Assembly: GCA_024280335.1 (NCBI GenBank)
Contig: JAJRQI010000007.1
Coordinates: forward strand, 23,599 to 47,598
Reading direction: 5' to 3'
DNA from: Deltaproteobacteria bacterium
GTDB lineage: Bacteria; Desulfobacterota; Desulfuromonadia; Desulfuromonadales; Geopsychrobacteraceae
Length of the DNA stretch: 24,000 bases
The notes under the pieces were generated by a model. That model worked only from the letters and a program-made list of their open reading frames with translations, was not told the DNA's origin and did no database searches. This document shows positions 1-7,454 of this stretch, one piece after another (position 1 is the first letter of the stretch; every line of letters starts with the position of its first letter). The translations under genes and the position numbers were made by a program.

Positions 1-325
1 GCTGTTCTTCTTTTTCCATGGCAATTTCGCGCGCCCGGCGCTCTTTCACCCGAACATCGGTCAGACCTCTCAGCTCTTTCAGGACCTCTGCATTCAACGT
101 ACAAGGTCGGTTGACAAACTCTTCGAGCGTGCCGAAATCATCCCCTTGATAGTGGCGGAAGAACTGTCCGGCATGCTCTTCCTTGTCCTTGGCCAGACGT
201 TCAAAAACCTGTTTGGCCCCTTTGTCGGTCACCATTTCAGCGGCCCTGCGATAATAGCAGATCAGCCCCTTTTCCGTTTCTACCGCGATCCTGAGCGCAT
301 CCTGATGTTTCATTTCCTGTGGCAT
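1..325 (-). CDS. Rubrerythrin/ferritin-like domain protein, partial (3' end lies beyond the left window edge)
   Basis: Absent from the ORF track because it is open at the window edge. Manual minus-strand translation from the ATG at 325-323 gives MPQEMKHQDALRIAVETEKGLICYYRRAAEMVTDKGAKQVFERLAKDKEEHAGQFFRHYQG... These are ferritin-like helices with an E-x-x-H (KEEH) diiron-type motif. GGAGG at 331-335 lies 5 nt upstream of the ATG. Confidence 0.6.
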   Translation of the reverse strand, partial: MPQEMKHQDALRIAVETEKGLICYYRRAAEMVTDKGAKQVFERLAKDKEEHAGQFFRHYQGDDFGTLEEFVNRPCTLNAEVLKELRGLTDVRVKERRAREIAMEKEEQ

Positions 326-407
326 GGGCACCTCCCTTTGAACGGGTTTCCTCCGCTGGCCGGCGACCTGAAGCGGTCGTTAATCAACAGGACAAAGGTA
401 CCCATTA

Positions 408-435
408 ACGATAACCGAGGGGCGACTCTTGTCAA
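408..435 (-). promoter_or_regulatory. Candidate sigma70-type promoter for the rubrerythrin-like gene
   Basis: On the minus strand, TTGACA (435-430) is followed by a 16-nt spacer and TATCGT (413-408), about 85 nt upstream of the ATG at 325. This is a motif match only. Confidence 0.25.
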
Positions 436-457
436 ATTGTCGACAGTAGCCTTGGAT

Positions 458-1087
458 CTAAAGCGCTCCGGTAGTTTTCAACTGATCGGCAACCGCTTCG
501 GCGAATTTTCGGTAACCAGCGGCGTTCGGATGAATCGAATCACTTTTATACTGCGGGTCAGCCAGCAGTTCGGCAAGGATATCGGTGACCAGCGGTAATT
601 GCAGTTCAGCGGCCAGCTGCTGATAGAGAGCGGCGTCGGCCGGCAGCAGGCCGAGCTGAGGAACGGCGATTAAAATGACCTGGATGTCGCGCTGATCCGC
701 CGCTTCAACCATCCGCCGCAGATTGTCACGCAACTGCTGACGGTCAAGCTTACGCAGCAGATCGTTGCCGCCATGGCAGAGCAACAGCAGATCCGGTTGA
801 TGCTTGTCCAGCAGCCCGGGCAAACGCCGGGCACCTTCAGCGCTGAGTTCACCGGGCACTCCGGCATTGATCACCTTGCGCCTGATCAATTGTTGCAGTT
901 GCGCCGGATAACTCTGCCCGGCGGATGCCCCGCTGCCGCGGGTGAGGCTGTCGCCGAAGGCCAGGATGACCGCATCGGGTCGCAGCAGCGGCAACCGTCC
1001 GGCACTGTCACAGCCGACCAGCAACAGGCAGAAAAGGAGCAAGAAAAGACCGACGGACTTGCGGAGAAAAGAATTGTTTAGTTGCAT
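458..1087 (-). CDS. SGNH/GDSL hydrolase (TesA/arylesterase-like), probable lipoprotein
   Basis: Block I GDS motif in ILAFGDSLTRGSG, block III LLCHGGNDLL, block V DSIHPNAAGY. The signal peptide has a lipobox (LLLVGC). I chose the ATG at 1087; the ORF-track start at 1132 is a TTG that would overlap the upstream gene. Only 4 nt separate this gene from the helicase stop, so it is probably co-transcribed. Confidence 0.85.
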   Translation of the reverse strand: MQLNNSFLRKSVGLFLLLFCLLLVGCDSAGRLPLLRPDAVILAFGDSLTRGSGASAGQSYPAQLQQLIRRKVINAGVPGELSAEGARRLPGLLDKHQPDLLLLCHGGNDLLRKLDRQQLRDNLRRMVEAADQRDIQVILIAVPQLGLLPADAALYQQLAAELQLPLVTDILAELLADPQYKSDSIHPNAAGYRKFAEAVADQLKTTGAL

Positions 1088-1091
1088 AACC

Positions 1092-3683
1092 TCACACCGA
1101 TGGAGAAGAGAAAAACTGACCGATCTCGGCAAACACCTGCTCGCTGGTCCCCTTGACCAGTCGAGCCGGCGGCAGCGAACGCAGAAACAACCGCCCGTAC
1201 CCGCGCCGCGCCACCCGGGTATCGAGAATCAACACCACGCCGCGATCGTTACGATGGCGGATCAGGCGACCGAAGCCCTGCTTGAAGCGGATCACCGCCT
1301 GCGGCACGGTGTATTCCATGAAGGGGTCACCGCCGCGTGCGGCGATCGCCTGGGAGCGCGCTTCAAGGACCGGCTCGGTCGGCACCCGGAACGGCAAGCG
1401 GGCAATTATCACCTGTTCCAGCGAGCGTCCCGGCACATCGACCCCCTCCCAGAAGGAATCGGTACCGAACAGAATACTGCTTTCATCCTCAGCAAAGCGC
1501 CTCAACAACCGGTGGCGGTTCTCCTGCCCCTGTTTGAAACAGCGCAGCCGCTGTGCTTCCAGCACCGGCGAAAGTTCCGCATGGATCTGCTGCAGCAGGC
1601 TGTAAGCGGTAAAGAGGACGAAACTACGGCCGCCGCTGCAGAGCAGCGCTTTCTCCACCGCATCGCGAACCGCTTCGGCAAAACCGGGCCGGCCCGGTTC
1701 CGGCAGGTCGGTCGGCACGGCGACCAGCGCCTGCTGCTGATAATCGAAGGGTGATTCGAGAAACAGCTCAGTCAGCCGTCCCGGCTCGGCGCGATCGAGG
1801 CCGACCCGCGAATGAAAATAGCCAAAGTTCCCGGCCACCGTCAAGGTCGCGCTGGTCATGATCAGGGTGCGGAAACGTTGATAGAGCGCGTTATTCAGGC
1901 TCTCCGCCACCTCCAGCGGCGCCAGGCAGAGGCTGGTGATCAAGCCTTTGCCGCGACCGATCCGCCCCTCGCGAATCTCCAACCAGACGCAACTGTCTTC
2001 GGCAACCGCCTGAAACGACGCCAGATCAGCGGCGATCCCCTCCAGACGTCCGGCAATGCCGCGGATATCGACCAGCGAAGAGTTCAACTTCTCTGCCACG
2101 CTTTCCGGCAGGCTATCACAGGCACGCAGCAGGCTGAGCAGCGCGGTAGCCAGTTCACAACTGGTCAGCCGCAAGCGTTCGACCCGCTGGTGCAGCTGTT
2201 GCCAGACCGGTGTGGCCAGAAAATCGGGCAGAATGCGATGCTTCAGGTCGAATTTGGCGGAAACCTTTTTCCCCAGCGCGACCGGCAGCTCCTCACCGAT
2301 CGATTGCAACTCTTCCAGCGCCAGATCGAACAGCTGCTGACGCTTGCCGATCAGCTTCTCGATCCGTTCGTGCAGGGACCGGTAGAGCTCGTCCTGACTG
2401 TCCGGCAGCTCCCGCGAGAGTTGATCGAGCAGGCGCGGCAAAAGTCCCAGGTTCGGCTTGCGCGGATGACGCAAACGGTTCAACACGCGGGAGAAGGCAA
2501 AGCGGCTGATCTGTGCCGAAAAATAGCTGGTGGCGACATCCTCCAGATGGTGCGCTTCGTCAAGGATGATCCGCTCAAAAGGAGGCAGTACGGCGGTCGC
2601 CGAATAGTTATCGGTCTGCTGGCGCAGGGCCAGATCGGCCAGCAGCAGGGAATGGTTGACCACCAGAATATCGGCCCGCGCCGCCTGGCGCCGCGCCCGG
2701 TGGAAGAAGCAGCGGCTGTAATGCGTGCACTTGACCCGCGCGCATTGATCCGCCTCGCAGCAGATCTCTTCCCAGGCTTGATAGCTGGGGATAAAGGCGA
2801 GATCCTCCTTCGAGCCATCCGCGGTGGTTTCTGCCCATGTGAGAATCTGCTGCAGTTCATCGACCTGCTGCTGATCGAACAGGCCCAGGTCACGCCCGGC
2901 GGTTTCACTGCGCCGCCAGCAGAAATAATTGCTGCGCCCCTTGACCAGTACGGCATGAAATTCGAGCCCGGTCGCCCGGCGCAGAAACGGCAGATCCTTG
3001 CGGATCAACTGTTCCTGCAGGTTGATGGTGCGGGTCGAGACCACTACCCGCTCTTCGTTGCTGAGCGCCCAGAGCAGCGCCGGAACCAGATAGGCCAAGC
3101 TCTTCCCGGTACCGGTGCCCGCCTCGATGACCGCAATCTGTCCCTGGTTGAACGCTTCGCCGACCGCAAACGCCATCCGCAACTGTTCGGGGCGCTCTTC
3201 ATAATCGGGCAGCTTGCCGGCAATCACCCCGGCCGGACCGAGCAGCTCGGCGATCTGCTCCGGTGAAAGCCGCTGTTCATCCTTGGCGGCAAAAGCTTCC
3301 ACAACCCGATACAGGTTATCTACAGCGTTATCAACAATATAAAAACCGACCCCGAGGGAACCGAATTGCGAAGCAACTTCGATGTCCGCGCCGGAAGGCG
3401 TCAGCTCACCGGAAGGATGGTTGTGGATAACTACATCGCCGTATCCACAGCTCTGCAGAATTGCCGGAACCGCCTGTTCCGAGCCGCGCGCCAGCACCTC
3501 AATTTGCACAATGCGCCGCTCGGTATCGGTCTGACCGAGAACGAAAACTTCGTTACCGCCAGCTTCGTCGATGGCGTAACGAAGCTGGGCAATACTGTCG
3601 GGAGTAAAGTAATTGAGCATAGCGGGGGATTGTATGCCGCCCTGACGGATGAAGCAATCAGGAAAATCAACCGATGTCAGCAT
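1092..3683 (-). CDS. dinG: DinG/XPD-family Fe-S ATP-dependent DNA helicase with N-terminal RadC-like JAB/MPN (JAMM) domain
   Basis: The N-terminus carries HNHPSGELTPSGAD (nt 3384-3425) and an upstream NEVF Glu. Walker A is EAGTGTGKSLAYL. The Cys cluster is YFC...CCEADQCARVKCTHYSRC. The DEAH box is ILDEAHHLED. The C-terminal helicase motifs are FGTDSFWEGVDVPG and QGFGRLIRH. The start is ambiguous: ATG 3683 or ATG 3620, neither with a clear SD. Confidence 0.9.
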   Translation of the reverse strand: MLTSVDFPDCFIRQGGIQSPAMLNYFTPDSIAQLRYAIDEAGGNEVFVLGQTDTERRIVQIEVLARGSEQAVPAILQSCGYGDVVIHNHPSGELTPSGADIEVASQFGSLGVGFYIVDNAVDNLYRVVEAFAAKDEQRLSPEQIAELLGPAGVIAGKLPDYEERPEQLRMAFAVGEAFNQGQIAVIEAGTGTGKSLAYLVPALLWALSNEERVVVSTRTINLQEQLIRKDLPFLRRATGLEFHAVLVKGRSNYFCWRRSETAGRDLGLFDQQQVDELQQILTWAETTADGSKEDLAFIPSYQAWEEICCEADQCARVKCTHYSRCFFHRARRQAARADILVVNHSLLLADLALRQQTDNYSATAVLPPFERIILDEAHHLEDVATSYFSAQISRFAFSRVLNRLRHPRKPNLGLLPRLLDQLSRELPDSQDELYRSLHERIEKLIGKRQQLFDLALEELQSIGEELPVALGKKVSAKFDLKHRILPDFLATPVWQQLHQRVERLRLTSCELATALLSLLRACDSLPESVAEKLNSSLVDIRGIAGRLEGIAADLASFQAVAEDSCVWLEIREGRIGRGKGLITSLCLAPLEVAESLNNALYQRFRTLIMTSATLTVAGNFGYFHSRVGLDRAEPGRLTELFLESPFDYQQQALVAVPTDLPEPGRPGFAEAVRDAVEKALLCSGGRSFVLFTAYSLLQQIHAELSPVLEAQRLRCFKQGQENRHRLLRRFAEDESSILFGTDSFWEGVDVPGRSLEQVIIARLPFRVPTEPVLEARSQAIAARGGDPFMEYTVPQAVIRFKQGFGRLIRHRNDRGVVLILDTRVARRGYGRLFLRSLPPARLVKGTSEQVFAEIGQFFSSPSV

Positions 3684-3846
3684 CGTATAGCGAGCCAGAA
3701 GACAATTTCGTGAGGTGTTAGTCCTTTGGCTTCTTGCTTTGCGGAGTATTCAGTATTTTTAGGGTCACCCAGATTTTTGACCCTGCCAACAATTAAAGAA
3801 ACAGTTTCCAAATTGGAAGCGACTGACCAGAAAACAGAAAAAAGCG

Positions 3847-4365
3847 TTGCCTTCCCAAGTCTTGGAGCAAGTGGTTCATGAATACTCTTTCGATGAGACG
3901 ACCCTGCCATGCCTGCCGGAATTGACCGGCATACCGAACATCGAAAAAGAATCGGGAATCATGACGATAGAAGAGATGGCGACCTTTGTTGCAGACCATA
4001 ATCGAAAAATCTTCGAGCTCCCCAGGGCTCCAAGCAAATACATCACGGATCCTGAACTTGGGATTATTGATGATCTGCTGGACAACTCCATTGTCGATCG
4101 CCTGCTTGCTCCTGAAGGTTTTACGCCAAGTAAGCGGGATATCTTCCCTTGCCAGTTGCTGCGGGCTGAATTACATAAATCCCTGAAATTTCCAGAATTC
4201 AGCTATCGCAAATATTGCGCAACTCAACTGAATTCATTGAAACAAAAGGAGATCAGAGCTTTTGTGGGACTTCCCCTGAAAAAGAAGCTGACCATCAGTC
4301 ACGGTCAATTGAGCACCTTTCGCTCGGCACTTACGTTCACGCAGCTGGCGAATCTTATGGTTTGA
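3847..4365 (+). pseudogene. IS transposase N-terminal fragment (InsH-N/DUF772-like), lacking a DDE catalytic domain
   Basis: The 172-aa ORF ends with ...SYRKYCATQLNSLKQKEIRAFVGLPLKKKLTISHGQLSTFRSALTFTQLANLMV. This matches the (F)xGL...P.HSTLSRFR pattern of IS4/IS5/IS1182-type transposase N-termini, recalled from memory. No catalytic domain follows. It is the only plus-strand coding signal and lies in an AT-richer islet. Confidence 0.5.
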
Positions 4366-4516
4366 AGGAACAGGGATGGGTTTGTTTTTTGCTAAAAAAG
4401 TTTGCGACCTTCATGGTGTAAAAATTAATGCCTCATCAAGTAAACAAATTAAATGGACAGTTAACGGAATATCTTATTCTGATTTCAGGCTTACGCTAGT
4501 TTTCCCCAAAAGTTAA
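4364..4516 (+). pseudogene. Histidine-kinase HATPase_c C-terminal remnant (G2 box to stop)
   Basis: Manual translation in a different frame from the transposase fragment gives EGTGMGLFFAKKVCDLHGVKINASSSKQIKWTVNGISYSDFRLTLVFPKS*. This is a GxGxGL G2 box plus a kinase-like C-terminus. There is no upstream kinase sequence in any frame (in-frame stop at 4310-4312). Confidence 0.5.
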
Positions 4517-4568
4517 TTCCCAGTGCCCAGATTCATCTTGCTCGGGGAGCGGTACAAGTCTCGAACAG

Positions 4569-4596
4569 AAAAGGGTGCTCGACGGCACCCTTTTTT
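4569..4596. terminator. Bidirectional rho-independent terminator
   Basis: AAAA-GGGTGC-tcgacg-GCACCC-TTTTTT. The GC stem is flanked by an A-run and a T-run, so it works on both strands. It lies 33 nt downstream of the XRE-cupin stop (4629) and after the kinase remnant. Confidence 0.7.
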
Positions 4597-4628
4597 AATC
4601 CTTCAACAAAGACAAAAACCAATCCGTA

Positions 4629-5192
4629 TCAGGAACTGACCACCGCCAAAATCTGCGCCGGGCTGTCGCCAAGGCCGTGAAACCGGTGGCTGAGGGAGGA
4701 ATTCAGGTAGGCGCTGTCGCCTTTCTTGAGTTGGTAGTTTTTGCCATCATAAAACAGTTCAACGACACCCTCCACCACGTACACGAATTCCTGGCCGTCG
4801 TGAGTAATCGGTGCCCCTTTCGGGGCTTGAGGATCAAATGACAACATAAACGGCTCCATCACGTGACCGACCGTACCCGGGCGGGTCAGGGTACCGTAAG
4901 CATAGCCCTGTTCGGTATTTCCCTGCTGGCCACCGTAGGATGTTCCCGAACGGCAGATGGTTATCGATTCCGAAACCGTTCCGCCGCCATGTAGAAGTCC
5001 TTCGAACTTGGAGCCGAGAATTCGGGAAAGGTTGATCACCACGCCGACCGAAGGAACGGCGCTCCCCTCTTCATAAGCCTGCAACTGAGAAATTTCCAGC
5101 CCGGCCAGTTTACAGACCTCTTGCTGGGTCAAACCTTGGGCCTCGCGTAATTTCTGAACTCGTTCACCAATATATTTGCGCATAGTTGACAT
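4629..5192 (-). CDS. XRE-family HTH transcriptional regulator with C-terminal cupin domain
   Basis: The HTH is LREAQGLTQQEVCKLAGLEISQLQAYEEG. The cupin is HDGQEFVYVVEGVVELFYDGKNYQLKKGDSAYL...HRF. The start is set at ATG 5192 (MSTMRKY; AGGAACCGAGG upstream), with ATG 5183 also possible. The track start at 5339 reads through a repeat element. Confidence 0.85.
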   Translation of the reverse strand: MSTMRKYIGERVQKLREAQGLTQQEVCKLAGLEISQLQAYEEGSAVPSVGVVINLSRILGSKFEGLLHGGGTVSESITICRSGTSYGGQQGNTEQGYAYGTLTRPGTVGHVMEPFMLSFDPQAPKGAPITHDGQEFVYVVEGVVELFYDGKNYQLKKGDSAYLNSSLSHRFHGLGDSPAQILAVVSS

Positions 5193-5227
5193 CCTCGGTT
5201 CCTGATTCGTTATAATTTTCAGCCTTT

Positions 5228-5324
5228 CCCTTCTCCATGAGGGAGAAGGTGGCCGAAGGCCGGATGAGGGGGCATTTAGCGACCGTTCCCCCCTCACCCT
5301 AGCCCTCTCCCTCAGGGAGAGGGG
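5228..5324 (+). repeat. Structured REP/MITE-like intergenic repeat, copy A
   Basis: The 45 nt at 5228-5272 match the reverse complement of 14773-14817 at 44 of 45 positions. 5288-5324 matches the reverse complement of 14719-14748 apart from a 6-nt indel. The element contains hairpins CCTTCTCC/GGAGAAGG, GGCC-gaa-GGCC, TGAGGGGG/CCCCCTCA and CCCTCTCCC/GGGAGAGGG. Confidence 0.85.
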
Positions 5325-5370
5325 ATCATTTTCTTCCATAGCTGAAGATTAACGTTAAACAGGTTTCGTT

Positions 5371-6297
5371 TTAATTCCGCCTGGCCGGCACAATCCGCCC
5401 GCTCATCAGGCGCAGATAATTCCAGTAACGCTCAATGCTTGGCCGCAGGCTCTCTTCGGTGACCCCGGTGTTGCGGAAGCGGCGCTGCAGGGCGAGGTAC
5501 ATCGTCAGCGCCTCAGCGGAAAATTCCGGTTCTACATTGATCAGATAACGCTCGCCGTCGAACACCTCGAAGACCGGAAACAGCCCGGATCTGACCGCCA
5601 ACCGGACCAGTTCAATCCCCATCGCCGGTTCCGATTTCCAACCGGTCGGACAGGGGGAAAGAACGTGTAAAAAACGAAACCCCTTGGCGTCCAGCGCGAA
5701 CTGGAGTTTGCGCAAGGTATCGTCAATATGTGCCAGAGAGATCGACGCCGCGTAAGGGATGCGGTGGGCCGCCATAATCCCGAGGATATCTTTTTTGCCT
5801 TCCTGCTTGCCGCGCAGGGTACTGGTTGTCGCGGCCCCGACTGGCGTCGCTGACGAGCGCTGACCGCCGGTGTTGCCGTAAATTTCATTATCGTAACAGA
5901 TGTAGAGGATATCCTCGTTCCGCTCGGCGGCGGCGGAGAGGGTGCCCATGCCGATATCGTAGGTTCCGCCATCACCCGCCAGGCAGATAACCCGCGTCTC
6001 TTCACCATTTAATTGCGCCACCGCAGCAACCCCGGTGGCCACTGATGCGGCAGAGGCAAAGGTCGACATAATGGTCGGTATGCTGAAGGCGCTTTCCGGG
6101 AAACCGCCGCTGGTCACTGCGGCACAACAGGCCGGAACCACCATCTTCAGCTCTCGGTCCGCAGCGGCCCGTCTGAGCATCTGCATCAGGTTCGACATGC
6201 CACAGCCACCACAGTTGCTGTTGCCGGGCCGGAGCAGTGGTTCACGCCGGTCCCGTTCGGTATAGGCCATCCCGTTAAGTGCTGGTTCGTTCATCAT
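5371..6297 (-). CDS. 2-oxoacid:ferredoxin oxidoreductase (OFOR) beta subunit, TPP-binding (PorB/VorB-like), paralog 1
   Basis: Motifs GNSNCGGCGMS and LAGDGGTYDIGMGTLSAAAERNEDILYICYDNEIYGNTGGQ (TPP/Mg motif). The start overlaps the alpha stop as ATGA. Confidence 0.9.
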   Translation of the reverse strand: MMNEPALNGMAYTERDRREPLLRPGNSNCGGCGMSNLMQMLRRAAADRELKMVVPACCAAVTSGGFPESAFSIPTIMSTFASAASVATGVAAVAQLNGEETRVICLAGDGGTYDIGMGTLSAAAERNEDILYICYDNEIYGNTGGQRSSATPVGAATTSTLRGKQEGKKDILGIMAAHRIPYAASISLAHIDDTLRKLQFALDAKGFRFLHVLSPCPTGWKSEPAMGIELVRLAVRSGLFPVFEVFDGERYLINVEPEFSAEALTMYLALQRRFRNTGVTEESLRPSIERYWNYLRLMSGRIVPARRN

Positions 6298-7454
6298 GCG
6301 ACCTCCACTATCTGCGGTGCACCTGACTCATGCGACTGCTCCAGCTCGGCGAGCAGAGTGAGCATATGCTCGGGGCGCACGTCACCCCCACCGACACCGA
6401 CCATATAATTCTGCACAATGGTTGCTGGCTCGGCGAAGCCGCGCACTTCACCCCAGAGTACCCCGCCGAAACCGATACTGACATCACGATCCAGCACCGC
6501 AATCCGTTTCTTACCGGCAAAGATTTTACGCAGGTCGCCATCCAGCACCGGGCGGAACATCCGCACCCGCACCGAACCGACCGCCTGACCCTGCTCGCGC
6601 AGTTGATCGACTACTCTTTCTGCGGTCACCCCCAGAGTTCCCATCGAGACAATCAGGGTTTCGGCGTCCTCGGCGCGGTAGGTCACCAGCGGGTCGGCTG
6701 GTCGTCGGCCGAAAACTTCTTCAAAAGAGTCCTGGATCTCGGCATAGACCTGCTGTGCGGTCAGCATCGCCTGATGATGCTGCATACGGTGGACAACGGA
6801 CTGATGTGGCGTCTCCATCTGGCCGAGGGTATGGGCACTCTTGTCGAGTCGCTGCGGAATATCGGTTGGCGGCAGAAAGCGATCGACCTGCTCCTGGGAA
6901 GGAACCTCAACCTGGGCCATGGTGTGCGAAAGGATAAAGCCATCCATGCAAGTCAGGGCAGGCATCATCACGCGTGGATCCTCGGCCAGCTTGAAGGCAC
7001 AGAGCACCGTATCGAAAACCTCCTGATTGTCGGCAGAGTACAGCTGCAGCCAACCGAGATCCCGCATCATCAGCGAATCACCATGATCCGCCCAGATGTT
7101 CCAGGGCGGGCCGAGCGTCCGGTTGGCGACCGACATGACAATCGGCAGTCGATAGCCGGCGGCCGCCACACAGTTTTCGATCATATAGGCCAAACCGTTG
7201 GAGCAGGTGGTGGTGAAGGAGCGGGCGCCGGACGCTGAGGCGCCGATACAGATCCCCATGGCGTTATGCTCACTGTCGGCCCGGACCACCTTGCCCTTCT
7301 CAATCTCCTGACCGCAGAGATATTCCATACATTCGGTCGACGGGGTAATCGGATAAACTCCGCTGCAGAAACCTCTGGCCGTGCGATTTGCCCGGCCTGC
7401 CAGGGTTGCGGCCAGGGCTGCGGCGTGGTTGGCGCTGATCAATTCAACTGGCAT
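6294..7454 (-). CDS. OFOR alpha subunit (PorA/VorA-like), paralog 1
   Basis: ISANHAAALAA...VYPITPSTECMEYL and SEHNAMGICIGASASGARSFTTTCSNGLAYM are typical of the POR/VOR alpha N-terminal domain. There is an 11-nt overlap with the upstream fusion gene. Confidence 0.9.
   Translation of the reverse strand: MPVELISANHAAALAATLAGRANRTARGFCSGVYPITPSTECMEYLCGQEIEKGKVVRADSEHNAMGICIGASASGARSFTTTCSNGLAYMIENCVAAAGYRLPIVMSVANRTLGPPWNIWADHGDSLMMRDLGWLQLYSADNQEVFDTVLCAFKLAEDPRVMMPALTCMDGFILSHTMAQVEVPSQEQVDRFLPPTDIPQRLDKSAHTLGQMETPHQSVVHRMQHHQAMLTAQQVYAEIQDSFEEVFGRRPADPLVTYRAEDAETLIVSMGTLGVTAERVVDQLREQGQAVGSVRVRMFRPVLDGDLRKIFAGKKRIAVLDRDVSIGFGGVLWGEVRGFAEPATIVQNYMVGVGGGDVRPEHMLTLLAELEQSHESGAPQIVEVA

Noticed and set aside
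379-409. Inverted repeat GTTAAT-N19-ATTAAC downstream of the putative rubrerythrin promoter (possible PerR/Fur-type operator)
   Set aside because: The arms are only 6 bp, the spacer is long, and there is no match to a known box that I can verify from memory. It may be chance.
146-598. 150-aa plus-strand ORF spanning the rubrerythrin-like start and the SGNH hydrolase 3' end
   Set aside because: It starts at a TTG, crosses an intergenic promoter region and is antisense to two better-supported genes. It shows no motifs.
942-3266. Long plus-strand ORFs antisense to the helicase gene (942-1754, 270 aa; 1812-3266, 484 aa; plus several shorter ones)
   Set aside because: They are Arg/Gln/Gly/Pro-rich low-complexity translations with no recognisable motifs. 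They lie fully inside a minus-strand gene that has unambiguous helicase motifs, and are typical shadow ORFs of GC-rich coding DNA.
3798-3818. Overlapping small palindromes GAAACaGTTTC and TTCCAAaTTGGAA in the helicase/IS-fragment intergenic region, with half-sites resembling the GGAAAC boxes
   Set aside because: The spacing differs (1 nt against 4 nt), there is only a single copy, and no sigma54 promoter is nearby. They could be an IS end or chance, so support is insufficient.
3684-3846. Searched both AT-richer islet borders (3684-3846, 4517-4628, 17895-18035, 18532-18833) for tRNA/tmRNA genes or attachment-site direct repeats
   Set aside because: I found no cloverleaf-compatible sequence, no T-loop GTTCGAATC-type motif, and no flanking direct repeats by eye.
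5193-5339. N-terminal 49-aa extension of the XRE-cupin ORF (MEENDPLSLRERARVRGERS...)
   Set aside because: This stretch is simply the translation of repeat copy A, giving the familiar PLSLRERARVRG-type pseudo-peptide. An SD-preceded ATG at 5192/5183 gives a normal-length HTH protein.
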